DNA of 64,000 bases from Infirmifilum sp. (GCA_041287245.1 JBEULP010000117.1:128001-192000); one strand, 5' to 3'. Counted from the stretch's first letter, positions 1 to 10,427 are shown. Program-made: numbers and translations. Notes: generated by a model from the letters alone, not told the origin.

Positions 1-2
1 AG

Positions 3-542
3 GTCTCTCGCGACTTAATCCCCTATTTTAGCATCCTGTCCTTTATAGGTGGTCTGGTATACTCTATAGAGGCAACTAAATTAGGGGTAAAAATAGGAGT
101 TCTTCAACCTCTATTACTGGGAGTAGGTTTATTGCTCATCGGAACAACAGATCTCGTTTCGAGCTTCCCGTTGGTGCTCTCAAGCCCGGAAATAATATTC
201 GTCGTATATCTAGCAGGAAGACTTATTGTATCACTAGGAGGTATTCTCCTAATAACATCTCCACTCGCATCCGTATTTCCGGTAATCCCGATAGCAGCAC
301 CCGATGCGTTCATGCTACTCGCATGGTTACTAGGGCCTGGAAGAAGAGAGAAAGAACACCTGTTCGCGTCTCTTTATCTGATTGCCCACCTTCTTGTAGG
401 TATACTTCAACACACCTCTCTTTTCGAGCCTATATACCCATATGTTATAGTAGTTTTACCAACAGCCTATTTAAGCCTGCTCCTTCCAGCCTTAAAATTT
501 TCTAAAATACTTACCAGTCTAAGACTGCTTGAGGAGCTTTAG
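3..542 (+). CDS. Multi-pass membrane protein, 5' end outside window
   Basis: Frame is open from position 3 to TAG at 540-542, with several hydrophobic TM-like segments. No recognisable family. Confidence 0.7.
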   Translation, partial: VSRDLIPYFSILSFIGGLVYSIEATKLGVKIGVLQPLLLGVGLLLIGTTDLVSSFPLVLSSPEIIFVVYLAGRLIVSLGGILLITSPLASVFPVIPIAAPDAFMLLAWLLGPGRREKEHLFASLYLIAHLLVGILQHTSLFEPIYPYVIVVLPTAYLSLLLPALKFSKILTSLRLLEEL

Positions 543-836
543 CAGCTGTTGAACACTTCTTTTCTCAGCATTAAGCCGATAGTAAGTGACATAACCAGAA
601 TCTTCTACAATTAGAAAATTACTCTTAACGAGGCGTTCAAGGATAGGTCTCGCTCGTGAAACACCTACTACCTCTTTTTCAACCATATAAGCGCTAAATG
701 ATTGAGAGGGATCTTCAAGGAATTTTCTAAGGAAGAATAATAAGACACGAACATACCCCTTACAGCGCTCAGGAAAGATAGATAAAAGGTCCTCTTCAAA
801 CTCGCTAAAATCCGAAAAGCCCTCGCCGCCTCTCAT
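519..836 (-). CDS. Small winged-HTH-like protein
   Basis: Helix-turn-helix then wing (SAYMVEKEVVGVSRARPILERLVKSNFLIVEDSGYVTYYRLN). Overlaps the GH57 stop. ATG at 836 chosen as the likely start. Confidence 0.55.
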   Translation of the reverse strand: MRGGEGFSDFSEFEEDLLSIFPERCKGYVRVLLFFLRKFLEDPSQSFSAYMVEKEVVGVSRARPILERLVKSNFLIVEDSGYVTYYRLNAEKRSVQQLLKLLKQS

Positions 837-2373
837 AGAGGATCCCAAGAAGCTTTTCCCTTAGCTCGGGAGCGCCATCCCCGCCTATCTCATCGATTTT
901 TCTAGCTACAAAGTCTTCTCCAACACTAAATCTAAGCCAACGCGAGAAGTCACCCCTTTGTTGATGAAATATTATACTCTCGTTAGGCGCCTTCTCCAAT
1001 GCTTCAATAAATGAGAAGATATTCCAAGCCACAAGCCCAGCGGGTTTCCCAAAATCCAAATAAAATAGGAACTCACTACCAGCTCTTACCCGCCTCATCC
1101 ATACAAATCTATAGCGTGCCTCCTCATCAGCCTCGAGCCTCGAGGACACCCTATGCTCTAAATCTGCCAGGGCATCCGAGTAGAACATATAGGCTTGGAA
1201 AGGAGACTTATACGGGCTAAAGTACGTGTGCACGTCTCCCGGCCCCCCTCCCTTTGTTGACATATAATAGAAGTGGTCGCTGATCGAAAGCAATCTCCAA
1301 AGCCGCAATAGATTGTCGTCACGTGTGGCTTTGATCTCAAGCCACAGATTCCTAAGTCTTTCAAACGCATAGTCCTGCATGAAGTTGCCAACCCAAGCAC
1401 TTAAGTCTCTCTCGAGATCAGCCCATGAGATTGTATCGCTCTCAGGCACGTCGATCTCGTCGCGGGGTGGTAGAGTCTCTGCAACCTCAGTAGGTGTAGA
1501 AGTTACCAAGTGATCCCATTTTAAAATTTCTCCTGGAAGCCACCTTAAAAACTCGAAAATACCTGTATCGGCTTGAAAATGCTCTCCAAAAGTCTCATAG
1601 TCGATAGCTACTAAAACGACATCGCCAGGAGTAGCCGCAAGCCAGGCAGAGTATTTCTCGGCTGTGAGAGGATACTCGCTCCACCACCTAGAAGCAAATC
1701 TAAAGCCTATATCGTCTGACAACCTGTAGTTTCTCATTAAAACACGGATGTTCAAACCTCTGGCCTTATACAAGTAGTTAGGACTCCTCCACAACAATAT
1801 TCTTTCAACACCCTCTGTGAGAACAATTTTGTACCCCAACCTCTCAAATACGCTAGCAATATAGTTGTTATAGATGAACTCGGTGTTTTCAATTGCTTTA
1901 GGAGTAACACCGAACAGGCTTTTAACGGTGTCTCGATGCAGCCTAATCTGATCTATAAACTCCTCCTCAGATATTAAGAAGCTTAGACTATGGAAATACG
2001 TCTGGTCTAGGAACTCTACCATACCCGTATCGGCAAGCTGTTTGAAACTGTCAATCAGATTAGGCATCCAGCGCTCGGCCTGCTCCAGAAGAACCCCGGA
2101 GAGACTGTAGGACACCTTAAACTTCTTCCCATGATCCTTAAACATATCTATCTGTTGTAATATAATCGAATTTGCCGGAAGATAACATCTCTTCGCAACC
2201 CTTTCAAATACCTCACGGTTAAGGGCATTGTTAAAGTAAACTTCCTCTAGTTCTTGCGGGTCTAGGCTACCGTTTAACGCTATTTTCTCGGCGATTTGTT
2301 GGGAAATATTACTTGCAAGCCTGTACGGCTGATGAACTTCAAACATAAATACTACATGCTTGATAAAGGGCAC
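805..2373 (-). CDS. Glycoside hydrolase family 57 (alpha-amylase-like) with C-terminal DUF5752-like domain
   Basis: GH57 motifs EVHQP, TYFHSL, NTE (nucleophile), DYETFGEH (acid/base), SDHFYYM. C-terminal FH...GDFSRW domain. Confidence 0.9.
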   Translation of the reverse strand: MPFIKHVVFMFEVHQPYRLASNISQQIAEKIALNGSLDPQELEEVYFNNALNREVFERVAKRCYLPANSIILQQIDMFKDHGKKFKVSYSLSGVLLEQAERWMPNLIDSFKQLADTGMVEFLDQTYFHSLSFLISEEEFIDQIRLHRDTVKSLFGVTPKAIENTEFIYNNYIASVFERLGYKIVLTEGVERILLWRSPNYLYKARGLNIRVLMRNYRLSDDIGFRFASRWWSEYPLTAEKYSAWLAATPGDVVLVAIDYETFGEHFQADTGIFEFLRWLPGEILKWDHLVTSTPTEVAETLPPRDEIDVPESDTISWADLERDLSAWVGNFMQDYAFERLRNLWLEIKATRDDNLLRLWRLLSISDHFYYMSTKGGGPGDVHTYFSPYKSPFQAYMFYSDALADLEHRVSSRLEADEEARYRFVWMRRVRAGSEFLFYLDFGKPAGLVAWNIFSFIEALEKAPNESIIFHQQRGDFSRWLRFSVGEDFVARKIDEIGGDGAPELREKLLGILYERRRGLFGF

Positions 2374-2424
2374 CCCAAAGCTATTACGAGAAATTAGAAT
2401 AAAAATCTAGTTTTTCAAAGAACC

Positions 2425-2958
2425 TTAGCGTTTGCTTTTATACCGCTCTATAGCATTATTTATTGAGATAAGCGCTTTATCCCTCTCATGCCATGCTTTA
2501 ACTTTAACCCATTTCCCGGGTTCGAGCTCCTTATAATGCTCGAAGAAGTGTCGAATCCTATTCCTTATGCTCTCGTCCACGTCCCCGATGCTTCTGACTT
2601 TTGCAAAACGGGCATCAATCTTCTCATGAGGCACTGCGATAATCTTGCTGTCGGGCCCAGCCTCGTCCTCCATCTCAAGCAGTGCGATGGGCCTCGCGCG
2701 CACAACGCTTCCAGGAACGAAGGGTTCATAGCTGAGGAGAACTACGTCCACTGGATCTCCATCCTCCTCTAGTGTGGAAGGGATAAAACCATAGTTGAAT
2801 GGAAAGACCATCGAGGTGAATAGAACTCTATCAACGAATACAGCGCCGCTCTCCTTATCTATCTCGTATTTAATGCTACTTCCCATGGGTATCTCCACAA
2901 CAACGAAGATATCTTCTGGAGGATTTTTTCCAGGGGGCAGACTCTTCATACGTGACAA
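2425..2958 (-). CDS. ppa: Inorganic pyrophosphatase (family I)
   Basis: [25 protein letters not shown] and FFEHYKELE motifs. Confidence 0.97.
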   Translation of the reverse strand: MSRMKSLPPGKNPPEDIFVVVEIPMGSSIKYEIDKESGAVFVDRVLFTSMVFPFNYGFIPSTLEEDGDPVDVVLLSYEPFVPGSVVRARPIALLEMEDEAGPDSKIIAVPHEKIDARFAKVRSIGDVDESIRNRIRHFFEHYKELEPGKWVKVKAWHERDKALISINNAIERYKSKR

Positions 2959-3039
2959 CCCTTGGGCAATTATGACCTAGAGGGCGACTATGGTTTTAAA
3001 TTTTTCCCAATCTCAGCCCAGCGTGGCGTCTAAGTATAA

Positions 3040-4605
3040 TCACTCAGCCTTGTAGACGGTACCTATTGCTCTCGTCCTAGAGTCCCTAAGTATGAACTTT
3101 TCATTTTCCTCGATGTACCATTGCTTTTTCAAGAATCTTAGCCTAACTAGACCTATATCACCAGTCCGCATGGGCTCCTTCTCCATCCACGTAATCTCCA
3201 CCGGTGTTCTGATAGAATGGATGTGAAACACGGTTTGATAACCTCTTTTAATCGTTGTTGGGTGTTTTAGGACAAGGATCTCGGCGACTAGACTCTGAGA
3301 CCCATGCAACGGAGTCTCTGCTAAAACCAGCCCCTTCTCAATCTCGTCCCTTTTAAAATCAGTTATAGCTAACGTGGCTTCCTCACCAGCCCGACAAGTT
3401 ACGACTGGAACCCTATTTACATGTATGGACTTAACCCTTGTTTTCCTCCATGTACCATCAGATAGAGGCCCTAGAAAATAGTAGGAATTCTCCTGAATAG
3501 TCCCCCTTTCAACGGCTACAGCGATCACTGTTCCAACGCCTTTCACATCATAGATTTCCGTAACATATGCCAGAAGTGGTTTCTTGATCAGTTCACCCCA
3601 CCTTTTACGCGGGGGTAGCAGGTTCATGAATTCCGTTAAGGCATCAAGCCCCTCACCTGTGGTGTTAGATATGCGGAAAATAGGTACAATTCTACCTGAG
3701 GGCATTAAAGGCGCGACTTCGTAAACATCGCTCAAGCTTTTCACAGTGAAAGGTTTCTTGTCTAGTCTTCGAATGATTGTGAGTGTCTCTTCGAGAAACC
3801 CTTTTTCAACCTCCGGGCTCACTATGTCAATTTTAGTGAACACTATAAAGACAGGTATCTTCAGGGCGACGCAAACACCGAGGTGTTCCCGCCCCATAAC
3901 TTGCAGCCCAGAATTGGCTGCGACGACAAGCATAGCATAGTCGGGGTACTTCGATAGTACTCCGCGGAGAGCCGTGCGAAGATATCTCTCATGACCTCCT
4001 ACATCAACAAGTGAAATAATTTTCTTTGAAGAGAGGTATATCTGCGCTTCATCGAGGGGATTGGGAAGGCCCCAATTAACAGGTTTCCCGGTTAAGTCAA
4101 AACCTAAAAGCCTAATTGCCACGGAGGAGGTTCTTCCAGTTAAAATTTCATGTGTATACCTTGCAACCTTTCTCATATTGCTTCCTCTTCCGTCGTCTAA
4201 GGTTCCTGAGCACAGAGTACCTACTGTTGTACTCTTCCCAGCGTCGACGTTTCCTACAACAATTATGTTTAATTGGCTCGGAGGGTTTTCTTCGCGAGAA
4301 AGCCTAACAAGAATCCTGGTTACTACTTTTTCACCATACTCCTTCCTGTCAAGGACTCGAATGCTTGCGCCAACCTTCTCAGCTACAATTCTTAGAATTT
4401 CCAGTGACACCGCCTCCTCTTCAGGAGTTAAACCACGGATGCTTCCGTCATCATGTACCCCCAAGATATAGATAGCCTCGCCCCCTCCCTCGAAAAGCCT
4501 GTATCGCATTTGAGAGGCTAGTCTTTCCAACCTGTCATCATCTTTCTCAACTAGTATGGACTTATACTCGACGGGTCCGCTGTCCTGTTCTGCGGGATAC
4601 TTCAA
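3040..4605 (-). CDS. GTPBP1/aGPBP-type translational GTPase
   Basis: GNVDAGKST, HE..TGRTSS, DVGGHERYLRT, TKID, ISNTTGEG and EF-Tu-like beta domains, plus GTPBP1-type N-terminus (PAE..G.VEYK, RL.EG.GEAIY.LG). Start reassigned to TTG at 4605 after a GAGGT RBS. Confidence 0.9.
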   Translation of the reverse strand: MKYPAEQDSGPVEYKSILVEKDDDRLERLASQMRYRLFEGGGEAIYILGVHDDGSIRGLTPEEEAVSLEILRIVAEKVGASIRVLDRKEYGEKVVTRILVRLSREENPPSQLNIIVVGNVDAGKSTTVGTLCSGTLDDGRGSNMRKVARYTHEILTGRTSSVAIRLLGFDLTGKPVNWGLPNPLDEAQIYLSSKKIISLVDVGGHERYLRTALRGVLSKYPDYAMLVVAANSGLQVMGREHLGVCVALKIPVFIVFTKIDIVSPEVEKGFLEETLTIIRRLDKKPFTVKSLSDVYEVAPLMPSGRIVPIFRISNTTGEGLDALTEFMNLLPPRKRWGELIKKPLLAYVTEIYDVKGVGTVIAVAVERGTIQENSYYFLGPLSDGTWRKTRVKSIHVNRVPVVTCRAGEEATLAITDFKRDEIEKGLVLAETPLHGSQSLVAEILVLKHPTTIKRGYQTVFHIHSIRTPVEITWMEKEPMRTGDIGLVRLRFLKKQWYIEENEKFILRDSRTRAIGTVYKAE

Positions 4606-4736
4606 CTTTACCTCTAAATTTAAACAAAAATGGGCTCTATTAAGCCTGACTCTTTTCGGATAGGATATTATGGCACGACTAACCGGTAACACCCGCTAAA
4701 CATTTAGCCTAACTACTCAATATAGAACTCAACACT

Positions 4737-5909
4737 ATGCTTTTCGCTAGAGTGTACATCGGGACATCTGGGTGGGACTATGATGACTGGATAGGGCCTT
4801 TCTACAACCGGGATAAGAATTTGTTCAGCCAATATGCCAGAGTCTTTAAAACTGTCGAAATCAACTCGACGTTTTATTCTCTACCATCTAAAAACTTTAT
4901 CGAGGGACTTACACGCGTAGCCCCTAAAGACTTCATCTTCAGTTTGAAGCTATACCGTGGTGTTACGCATAAAAAGCTCTTAAAACCCGAAGTTATAGGA
5001 CACGAGCTCGATTTCTTCTTTAAATCGATAAGTCCGTTACGCGCATCTGGAAAACTAGGAGCAGTTTTAATACAGCTTCCGCCAAAGCCAAAGGAAGAGT
5101 TGACGCACTTCAAGGATTTTCTTGCAATGCTCCCAAAGGGGTATCGATTCGCTGTTGAGTTTAGGCACCCGAGCTGGCTTACAGAAGAAGCTTTCAAAAT
5201 ACTTGAAGACTTTAATATTGCTTACACCATCGTCGACGAACCCCTTCTGCCTCCACAAGCTATGGTCACTGCGGATTTCTCCTACATAAGATGGCATGGC
5301 AGGAGCCAGAGCCCATGGTATTACTACCATTATTCTCTAGACGAGCTTCAAGCATGGGCTAAAAAGATAGGAGAAATAACTGAAAAAGTATCGCTTCTTC
5401 TAGGCTACTTTAACAACCACTTTAGAGGCTTCGCGCCTCATAATGCCTTACAGATGCTTGCCCTGCTCGGCATGCTTGATAGAGAAAGACGTTACCTCTT
5501 GGCAGAGATGGACAAGTATTTCTCAGCGATGCCTAAAGAGACCTTAGAAGAGGCAAAGACAGCGCTCGAAGAAGGAAACATAGAAACCATACTTAAGGCT
5601 TTAGCAGGCGATAAAAGATTTGAAAGAGGAGTCGAAATAGACAGCAAGGAGGTTAGTTATGGGATAGAAGAAGGCAAGGTCTACGGTAAGGTTAAAGACT
5701 ACTACATCCTGATTGATCAATCCTCAAGGCTTATTAGTCACAACTGCGAGGACTGGAGGAAGTCCTTAGAAACAAAGAGGTTTTGCAAGCATATGGTAAA
5801 GTTTTTCATTACATTGCCGCGGGAGCTCTCACTTCAACTATTAAAAGACATACTAACTAATATCGACGACTGGGAATTCGTGGCAAACACCTCGGGACTG
5901 GAAGAATAA
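4737..5909 (+). CDS. DUF72 (YecE) family protein fused to a C-terminal SWIM-type zinc finger
   Basis: IGTSGW.Y..W, VEINSTFY, QLPP, AVEFRH.SW, YIRWHG, FNN motifs. C-terminal HNCEDW...FCKH. Confidence 0.85.
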   Translation: MLFARVYIGTSGWDYDDWIGPFYNRDKNLFSQYARVFKTVEINSTFYSLPSKNFIEGLTRVAPKDFIFSLKLYRGVTHKKLLKPEVIGHELDFFFKSISPLRASGKLGAVLIQLPPKPKEELTHFKDFLAMLPKGYRFAVEFRHPSWLTEEAFKILEDFNIAYTIVDEPLLPPQAMVTADFSYIRWHGRSQSPWYYYHYSLDELQAWAKKIGEITEKVSLLLGYFNNHFRGFAPHNALQMLALLGMLDRERRYLLAEMDKYFSAMPKETLEEAKTALEEGNIETILKALAGDKRFERGVEIDSKEVSYGIEEGKVYGKVKDYYILIDQSSRLISHNCEDWRKSLETKRFCKHMVKFFITLPRELSLQLLKDILTNIDDWEFVANTSGLEE

Positions 5910-6450
5910 GCTCGCAATCTCCAGATTTAAGCCTAAGGTAATCTCCTCTCCAGTAAAGGTAGACTGTATAAGCTGCCGTGACTGCGTCAAGCGCATCACC
6001 GTTGAGTTTCGCATCCACGAACTTGATACCCAGCCTCTCAAGACCTTCTTTTAGGCCTACCAAAGAGGCTTTTTTTCTTGGAATGCACAACAAATCCTGC
6101 GTTCCGCCCGGATATACTTCTAATACTCTTATCCCCGCCTTTTCCAGAGTAGCTGCTAGTTTCATGCCTCGTTTAGTCAGTTTCTCCATCGCAGGCAGAA
6201 CCGGCGGGAAAAATTTGATACCGAGTTCTCGCAGCATCCTTTCACAACCTCTTTCCCTGGCCTGTTTTGGGAAGGATAAGGGAGAATCGATCCCCATAGC
6301 ATATACCTCTTGCCGGGTAATATTATTCAATATCTCTTCATCAGTGTAAAGCTTTAACACCCTGGCCCTGAGCTCTAGATCGAGAAAAGCGAGATATGAA
6401 GCCTTTACTTCACCTGCCGTTAGGTCCAAACCGCCGAAAAACATGATCAT
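5857..6450 (-). CDS. DUF429 domain protein (predicted RNase H-like fold)
   Basis: GLDL, GIDSPLSFP, R.CE..L, LEVYP, DALDA motifs. Confidence 0.8.
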   Translation of the reverse strand: MIMFFGGLDLTAGEVKASYLAFLDLELRARVLKLYTDEEILNNITRQEVYAMGIDSPLSFPKQARERGCERMLRELGIKFFPPVLPAMEKLTKRGMKLAATLEKAGIRVLEVYPGGTQDLLCIPRKKASLVGLKEGLERLGIKFVDAKLNGDALDAVTAAYTVYLYWRGDYLRLKSGDCELILPVPRCLPRIPSRRY

Positions 6451-6962
6451 CGCGGGAGAGTTACTCCCCTCTGGCCTTGATATTTACCCCTGTATGTGAC
6501 AAGGTCACCCTGGATACGGTAAAAGGCTACATGGGCAAACCTCATCCCCTTTCTCAGCACTATCGGAAATGCCCCACCGTGTATTTCAATGGTTATCTCA
6601 CCCTCGAACCCTGCGTCTATAAGAGTCGGGGGTATCGAGACACCGAGTCTTGCAAAGGTGCTTCTAACCCCTATTAGACCCGCAACATCTGGAGGCATCT
6701 TGATGTATTCAAGTGTTGTCACAAGAACCTTCATGTACGGCTGGAGGACGAAGCTATCCGTACGGAAAACCTTGTAGTAATTGTTCAGGTCAACCTCTCT
6801 TATCCGATCAGGGTCTAGGGGCTCGGGATTATTTAGTAACACCGCGACTTCTTCTCCAATTCTTAGGTCTATACCGTTCTCTCTGATTATCTCTTCCGAA
6901 AACGGCTGAATTAGAAGCTTCCCTTCATTAACAAGGCGTCTAAGCTCTGCTCCTGAAAGCAT
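6447..6962 (-). CDS. dcd: dCTP deaminase
   Basis: ENGIDLRIG, TLEYI, RSTFARLG, IDAGFEGEITIE, YRGKYQGQRGV. Confidence 0.93.
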   Translation of the reverse strand: MLSGAELRRLVNEGKLLIQPFSEEIIRENGIDLRIGEEVAVLLNNPEPLDPDRIREVDLNNYYKVFRTDSFVLQPYMKVLVTTLEYIKMPPDVAGLIGVRSTFARLGVSIPPTLIDAGFEGEITIEIHGGAFPIVLRKGMRFAHVAFYRIQGDLVTYRGKYQGQRGVTLPR

Positions 6963-6972
6963 ACTCCTAACC

Positions 6973-7671
6973 TCAAGCTTCTAAATTTATTTCTTTCCGG
7001 GCTAAGTAAAACTTACAAACATCGTTTAAAGGGCATCTTACGCAGGCAGGGGCTCTTGCCTTACAAACCTCTCTCCCAAGTTTTATGATGAGAAGATGTG
7101 CTTCAAGCCTTTTCTCAGGCCTGAAAACCCTGTGGAGATCATCTCTTATCGCTTTATATGATTTAGAGGTTGTTAATCCTAGTCTCCTAGAAACTCTCCT
7201 CACATGAGTGTCTATAGCAACAACTGGAAAACCTGAGTTCGCTAGGAGAACATCAATAGTCTTTTCACCTATTCCCTTAATTTTTCCAAGTTCCTCTCTC
7301 ACCCTTGCCTCACCCTCGCTTAAGAGCTTGTTTATATCACCGCCATACTTTTCGACAAGAACCCTAGCAGCGGCTTGTATAGCAAACGCTTTTGACTTCT
7401 GAAGACCTGCTGGAGCAATAACTCTCTCAAGCTCTTCCAGGTCGATTGTTGCCAATCTATTTGGGTCTATTCCTACCTTTGATTCTAGTTGTGAAATCGC
7501 TCTAAAGGTGTTTTTTTCTGTTGTGTTCTGGGATAGTATCGTAGCAACCAAGACTTTTAAAGGGTTCTTCTCTCCCGCGGCTTTTAAAGCTGCAAACTCA
7601 TCTGGATTGATCTTGAAGGCTCTTCTAAGTTTCTCGACAATTAGGTCTCCCAAATCGTAGGTACCTCCCAC
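6973..7671 (-). CDS. nth: Endonuclease III (HhH-GPD glycosylase with 4Fe-4S cluster)
   Basis: TILSQNT, HhH GIGEKT, IDTHV, and Cys cluster CKARAPACVRCPLNDVC. Confidence 0.9.
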   Translation of the reverse strand: MGGTYDLGDLIVEKLRRAFKINPDEFAALKAAGEKNPLKVLVATILSQNTTEKNTFRAISQLESKVGIDPNRLATIDLEELERVIAPAGLQKSKAFAIQAAARVLVEKYGGDINKLLSEGEARVREELGKIKGIGEKTIDVLLANSGFPVVAIDTHVRRVSRRLGLTTSKSYKAIRDDLHRVFRPEKRLEAHLLIIKLGREVCKARAPACVRCPLNDVCKFYLARKEINLEA

Positions 7672-7721
7672 GACCTCTATTGAACAGAAAGCGTTAAATT
7701 ATCTTACTGTTGTGAAAAGCT

Positions 7722-8489
7722 ATGAAGCGACTAAAACTCCTTGTAGCTAATGATGACGGGATCAGCGTAGGATTAAAAGCGCTTGCTGACGCTGCAGCCA
7801 GCGTGGGTCACGATGTTTTTATAGCTACCACTAGAAACCACTCTAGTGGCGCAGGTAAGTCAATCTCCTTCAAGACGAGATACGAGGTAACCACCCTCTT
7901 CGATAATTATACAGCTGTTATAGTAGATTCAACCCCCGCAACAGCAGTAGGAGTAGTCTTAGACTCTATCCGTAGAGACTTCGACCTTGTTTTGAGTGGG
8001 GTCAACAGCGGGCCTAACCTAGGATTATGGGATGTTCTCTCTTCTGGGACAGTAGGTGCAGTTCTTGAAGCTGCCACCAGGGGGGTTAGGGGCATTGCCG
8101 TATCTCTTGTAGCTCGAGAGTGGTCGGAATACCCCGAGCTCTCATATAGAGATTACTATAAGGCTGCAAAACTCGTAATTGACATGTTTGAAGCCTTGTC
8201 AGATGTACAGTGGAAGGCGCCGGTCTTGAATATCAATGTGCCCTCTTGGGGTATAAGAGGGGTTCGAGAGGCGGTTCTTGAAACAGAAGTACAATCAGAG
8301 GTTTATACATGTAGCAATAACCACTGTGATATGAGTAGATGGACTCTCGATGAAGCATATAAGTGTTCTACACCGGGTAGTGATGTATGCCTTGTAAAGC
8401 AAGGATATGCCACTGTTACACCACTCATTTTCGCATGTTCCACAACTTTAGATTGGATACGCGAAGCTTTACAGCAAAGTTTAAAATAA
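7722..8489 (+). CDS. surE: 5'/3'-nucleotidase SurE
   Basis: NDDG, SG.G.S, SGVNSGPNLG, SSGTVGA, LNINVP. Confidence 0.92.
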   Translation: MKRLKLLVANDDGISVGLKALADAAASVGHDVFIATTRNHSSGAGKSISFKTRYEVTTLFDNYTAVIVDSTPATAVGVVLDSIRRDFDLVLSGVNSGPNLGLWDVLSSGTVGAVLEAATRGVRGIAVSLVAREWSEYPELSYRDYYKAAKLVIDMFEALSDVQWKAPVLNINVPSWGIRGVREAVLETEVQSEVYTCSNNHCDMSRWTLDEAYKCSTPGSDVCLVKQGYATVTPLIFACSTTLDWIREALQQSLK

Positions 8490-8517
8490 TGACAGCGGTT
8501 TAGACGCGAGTTTAAGT

Positions 8518-9864
8518 ATGGAGAAGATAGATGTTGCTGTGATAGGCGGCGGTCCCGCGGGGATGACTGCTGCCTCGAGAATTAAGCGGATACACCCGGA
8601 CTGGAAGGTTGCGGTTTTCGAGAGAAGCAAGTATGTAAGTTATGCCCCATGCGGCATACCTTATCTTCTCGGAGGGTTTGCGAATAATCTCGAGGAATTG
8701 GTTCACTACCCATTAAGGGTCTTTACAGAGGAAAGAGGGATACAGGTCTACACCCAGACTGAAGTCATCGAGGTTGGCGAGGGTTATTTACGAGCTCGTT
8801 CTCGAGAGGCTTCGGAAAGAACATTCAGCTGGGATAAACTCTTAATAGCCACGGGTGCCCGTCCACGTGTCCCCCCAGTTCCAGGCGTAGATCTAAAGGG
8901 GGTTTTAACCATACGCACTTTGGAAAGCGCTGAAGAGGGACTAAAGGCGATAAGCGGTGCTGAGAATGTTGCTATTGTTGGTGGTGGCTATATCGGCATT
9001 GAACTGGCTGAGAATCTGGTTCGAATCGGAAAGAAGGTATATCTTTTTGAGATGCTACCACATGTAATGCCTACCCTCGATCCTGAAATAGCTCAACTCG
9101 TTGAAGCCGAACTTATAAGACATGGCGTCAAACTACACCTTAACGAAGCTCTTAGGGAAATCGGTGGGCGTGAAAAGGTAGAAAAAATAATAACCGATAA
9201 GGGTGAGTACCCTGTAGATGTGGTATTTCTAGCCACCGGAGTTGTGCCTGAAACTACTCTAGGAGACATGATTGGAGTTAAGAAAGGCGCGACTGAAGCT
9301 ATCAGCGTTGATCATTCGATGAGGACAAACGTAGAAAATGTATTTGCAGCGGGAGATGCTGCCGAAAGCATAAACCTAGTAACAGGGAAGCCCGACTGGT
9401 TCCCACTTGCACCAGTTGCGAATAAGATGGGCTACGTAGCAGGAGCCACGATCTCGGGTTTGAATGCAAGCTTCCCCGGGGCTGTAGGGACGGCGATAAC
9501 GAAGGCTTTTTCGTTGGAGATTGCCAGGACAGGATTAACGGAGGAGAAGGCCAGACGTGAAGGCTTCAACCCCCTTTCAGTTACAATCAGCTCAAACTCA
9601 CGCGCCAGCTACTACCCTGGTGCTGCTACTATAACCGTGAAACTTATAGCTGATAAAGATTCTGGAAGACTCCTAGGGGCACAAGTCGTGGGCGGTGACG
9701 GTGTACTGGCAAGAATAAACACTTTGGCTGTTTTGATCGAAAAGCATGCAACAGTTACCGATGCATTCTTTAGCGATCTTGCTTATGCCCCTCCCTTTGC
9801 CCCGGTCTGGGATCCGGTTATTGTTGCAGCGCGTGTTCTTCTTGGGAAAATAGGGCAAGGGTAG
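8518..9864 (+). CDS. CoA-disulfide reductase / NADH oxidase family flavoprotein
   Basis: GGGPAG FAD motif, SYAPCGIPY active-site Cys, GGGYIG NAD motif, AAGD, DLAYAPPF. Confidence 0.9.
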   Translation: MEKIDVAVIGGGPAGMTAASRIKRIHPDWKVAVFERSKYVSYAPCGIPYLLGGFANNLEELVHYPLRVFTEERGIQVYTQTEVIEVGEGYLRARSREASERTFSWDKLLIATGARPRVPPVPGVDLKGVLTIRTLESAEEGLKAISGAENVAIVGGGYIGIELAENLVRIGKKVYLFEMLPHVMPTLDPEIAQLVEAELIRHGVKLHLNEALREIGGREKVEKIITDKGEYPVDVVFLATGVVPETTLGDMIGVKKGATEAISVDHSMRTNVENVFAAGDAAESINLVTGKPDWFPLAPVANKMGYVAGATISGLNASFPGAVGTAITKAFSLEIARTGLTEEKARREGFNPLSVTISSNSRASYYPGAATITVKLIADKDSGRLLGAQVVGGDGVLARINTLAVLIEKHATVTDAFFSDLAYAPPFAPVWDPVIVAARVLLGKIGQG

Positions 9865-10390
9865 TTTTTCCCTGGTTCCTATATCCAACGTACAGGTACC
9901 CACCCATTAGAAGTGTGACAGACCCTATGACAGCGAGAAAAGCTGAAACTAAACTTTCGAAGTTTACGAGATTATCGTTGTTTTTGGCGAAGTAAAACGT
10001 GAAGGATAGTACAGTGTTAGTTTCCAAACCATTGTTCTCGATTACTATTGTGCGAGGAGAGTCATCAAGGTAGAGATAACCGGAGCCGTTCTTCCCAGCA
10101 TCAGTAATGGTTAGCCTTCCGATCTCGGATGATTCTGCGTTTAGGAAGATAATGCTTACATTTATGTATCGTTCTCCTTTATATGACAGGTTATAGTAGG
10201 CCTTAGGTGATAGGTTAGGTGGGAGGGGATACTGCATGTTTTTCTCTTTTGAAAGGTCAATTCTTATTGGGATTTTTTCCCGCATGGAAAGCTTATAGTT
10301 AACGCTTCCCGCCAGGATCGCTCCTATTACTAGTAACACAGAACCCGCTAGAATAAGCTTAACCGCAAAATCAACTTTGCCTTGCTCCAC
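9818..10390 (-). CDS. Membrane protein with N- and C-terminal TM helices
   Basis: Two hydrophobic helices flank an Asn-rich beta-like domain. Lies directly downstream of ileS. Confidence 0.6.
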   Translation of the reverse strand: MEQGKVDFAVKLILAGSVLLVIGAILAGSVNYKLSMREKIPIRIDLSKEKNMQYPLPPNLSPKAYYNLSYKGERYINVSIIFLNAESSEIGRLTITDAGKNGSGYLYLDDSPRTIVIENNGLETNTVLSFTFYFAKNNDNLVNFESLVSAFLAVIGSVTLLMGGYLYVGYRNQGKTTLALFSQEEHALQQ

Positions 10391-10427
10391 AGCTACCCAA
10401 AAACAGTTGAAGAATAAGCTGATAAAT

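Noticed and set aside
3010..3075. CTGA-GTGATTA-...-CTGA on the minus strand at the GTPase 3' end
   Set aside because: Guide spacing of about 20 nt is too long and no upstream C box is evident.
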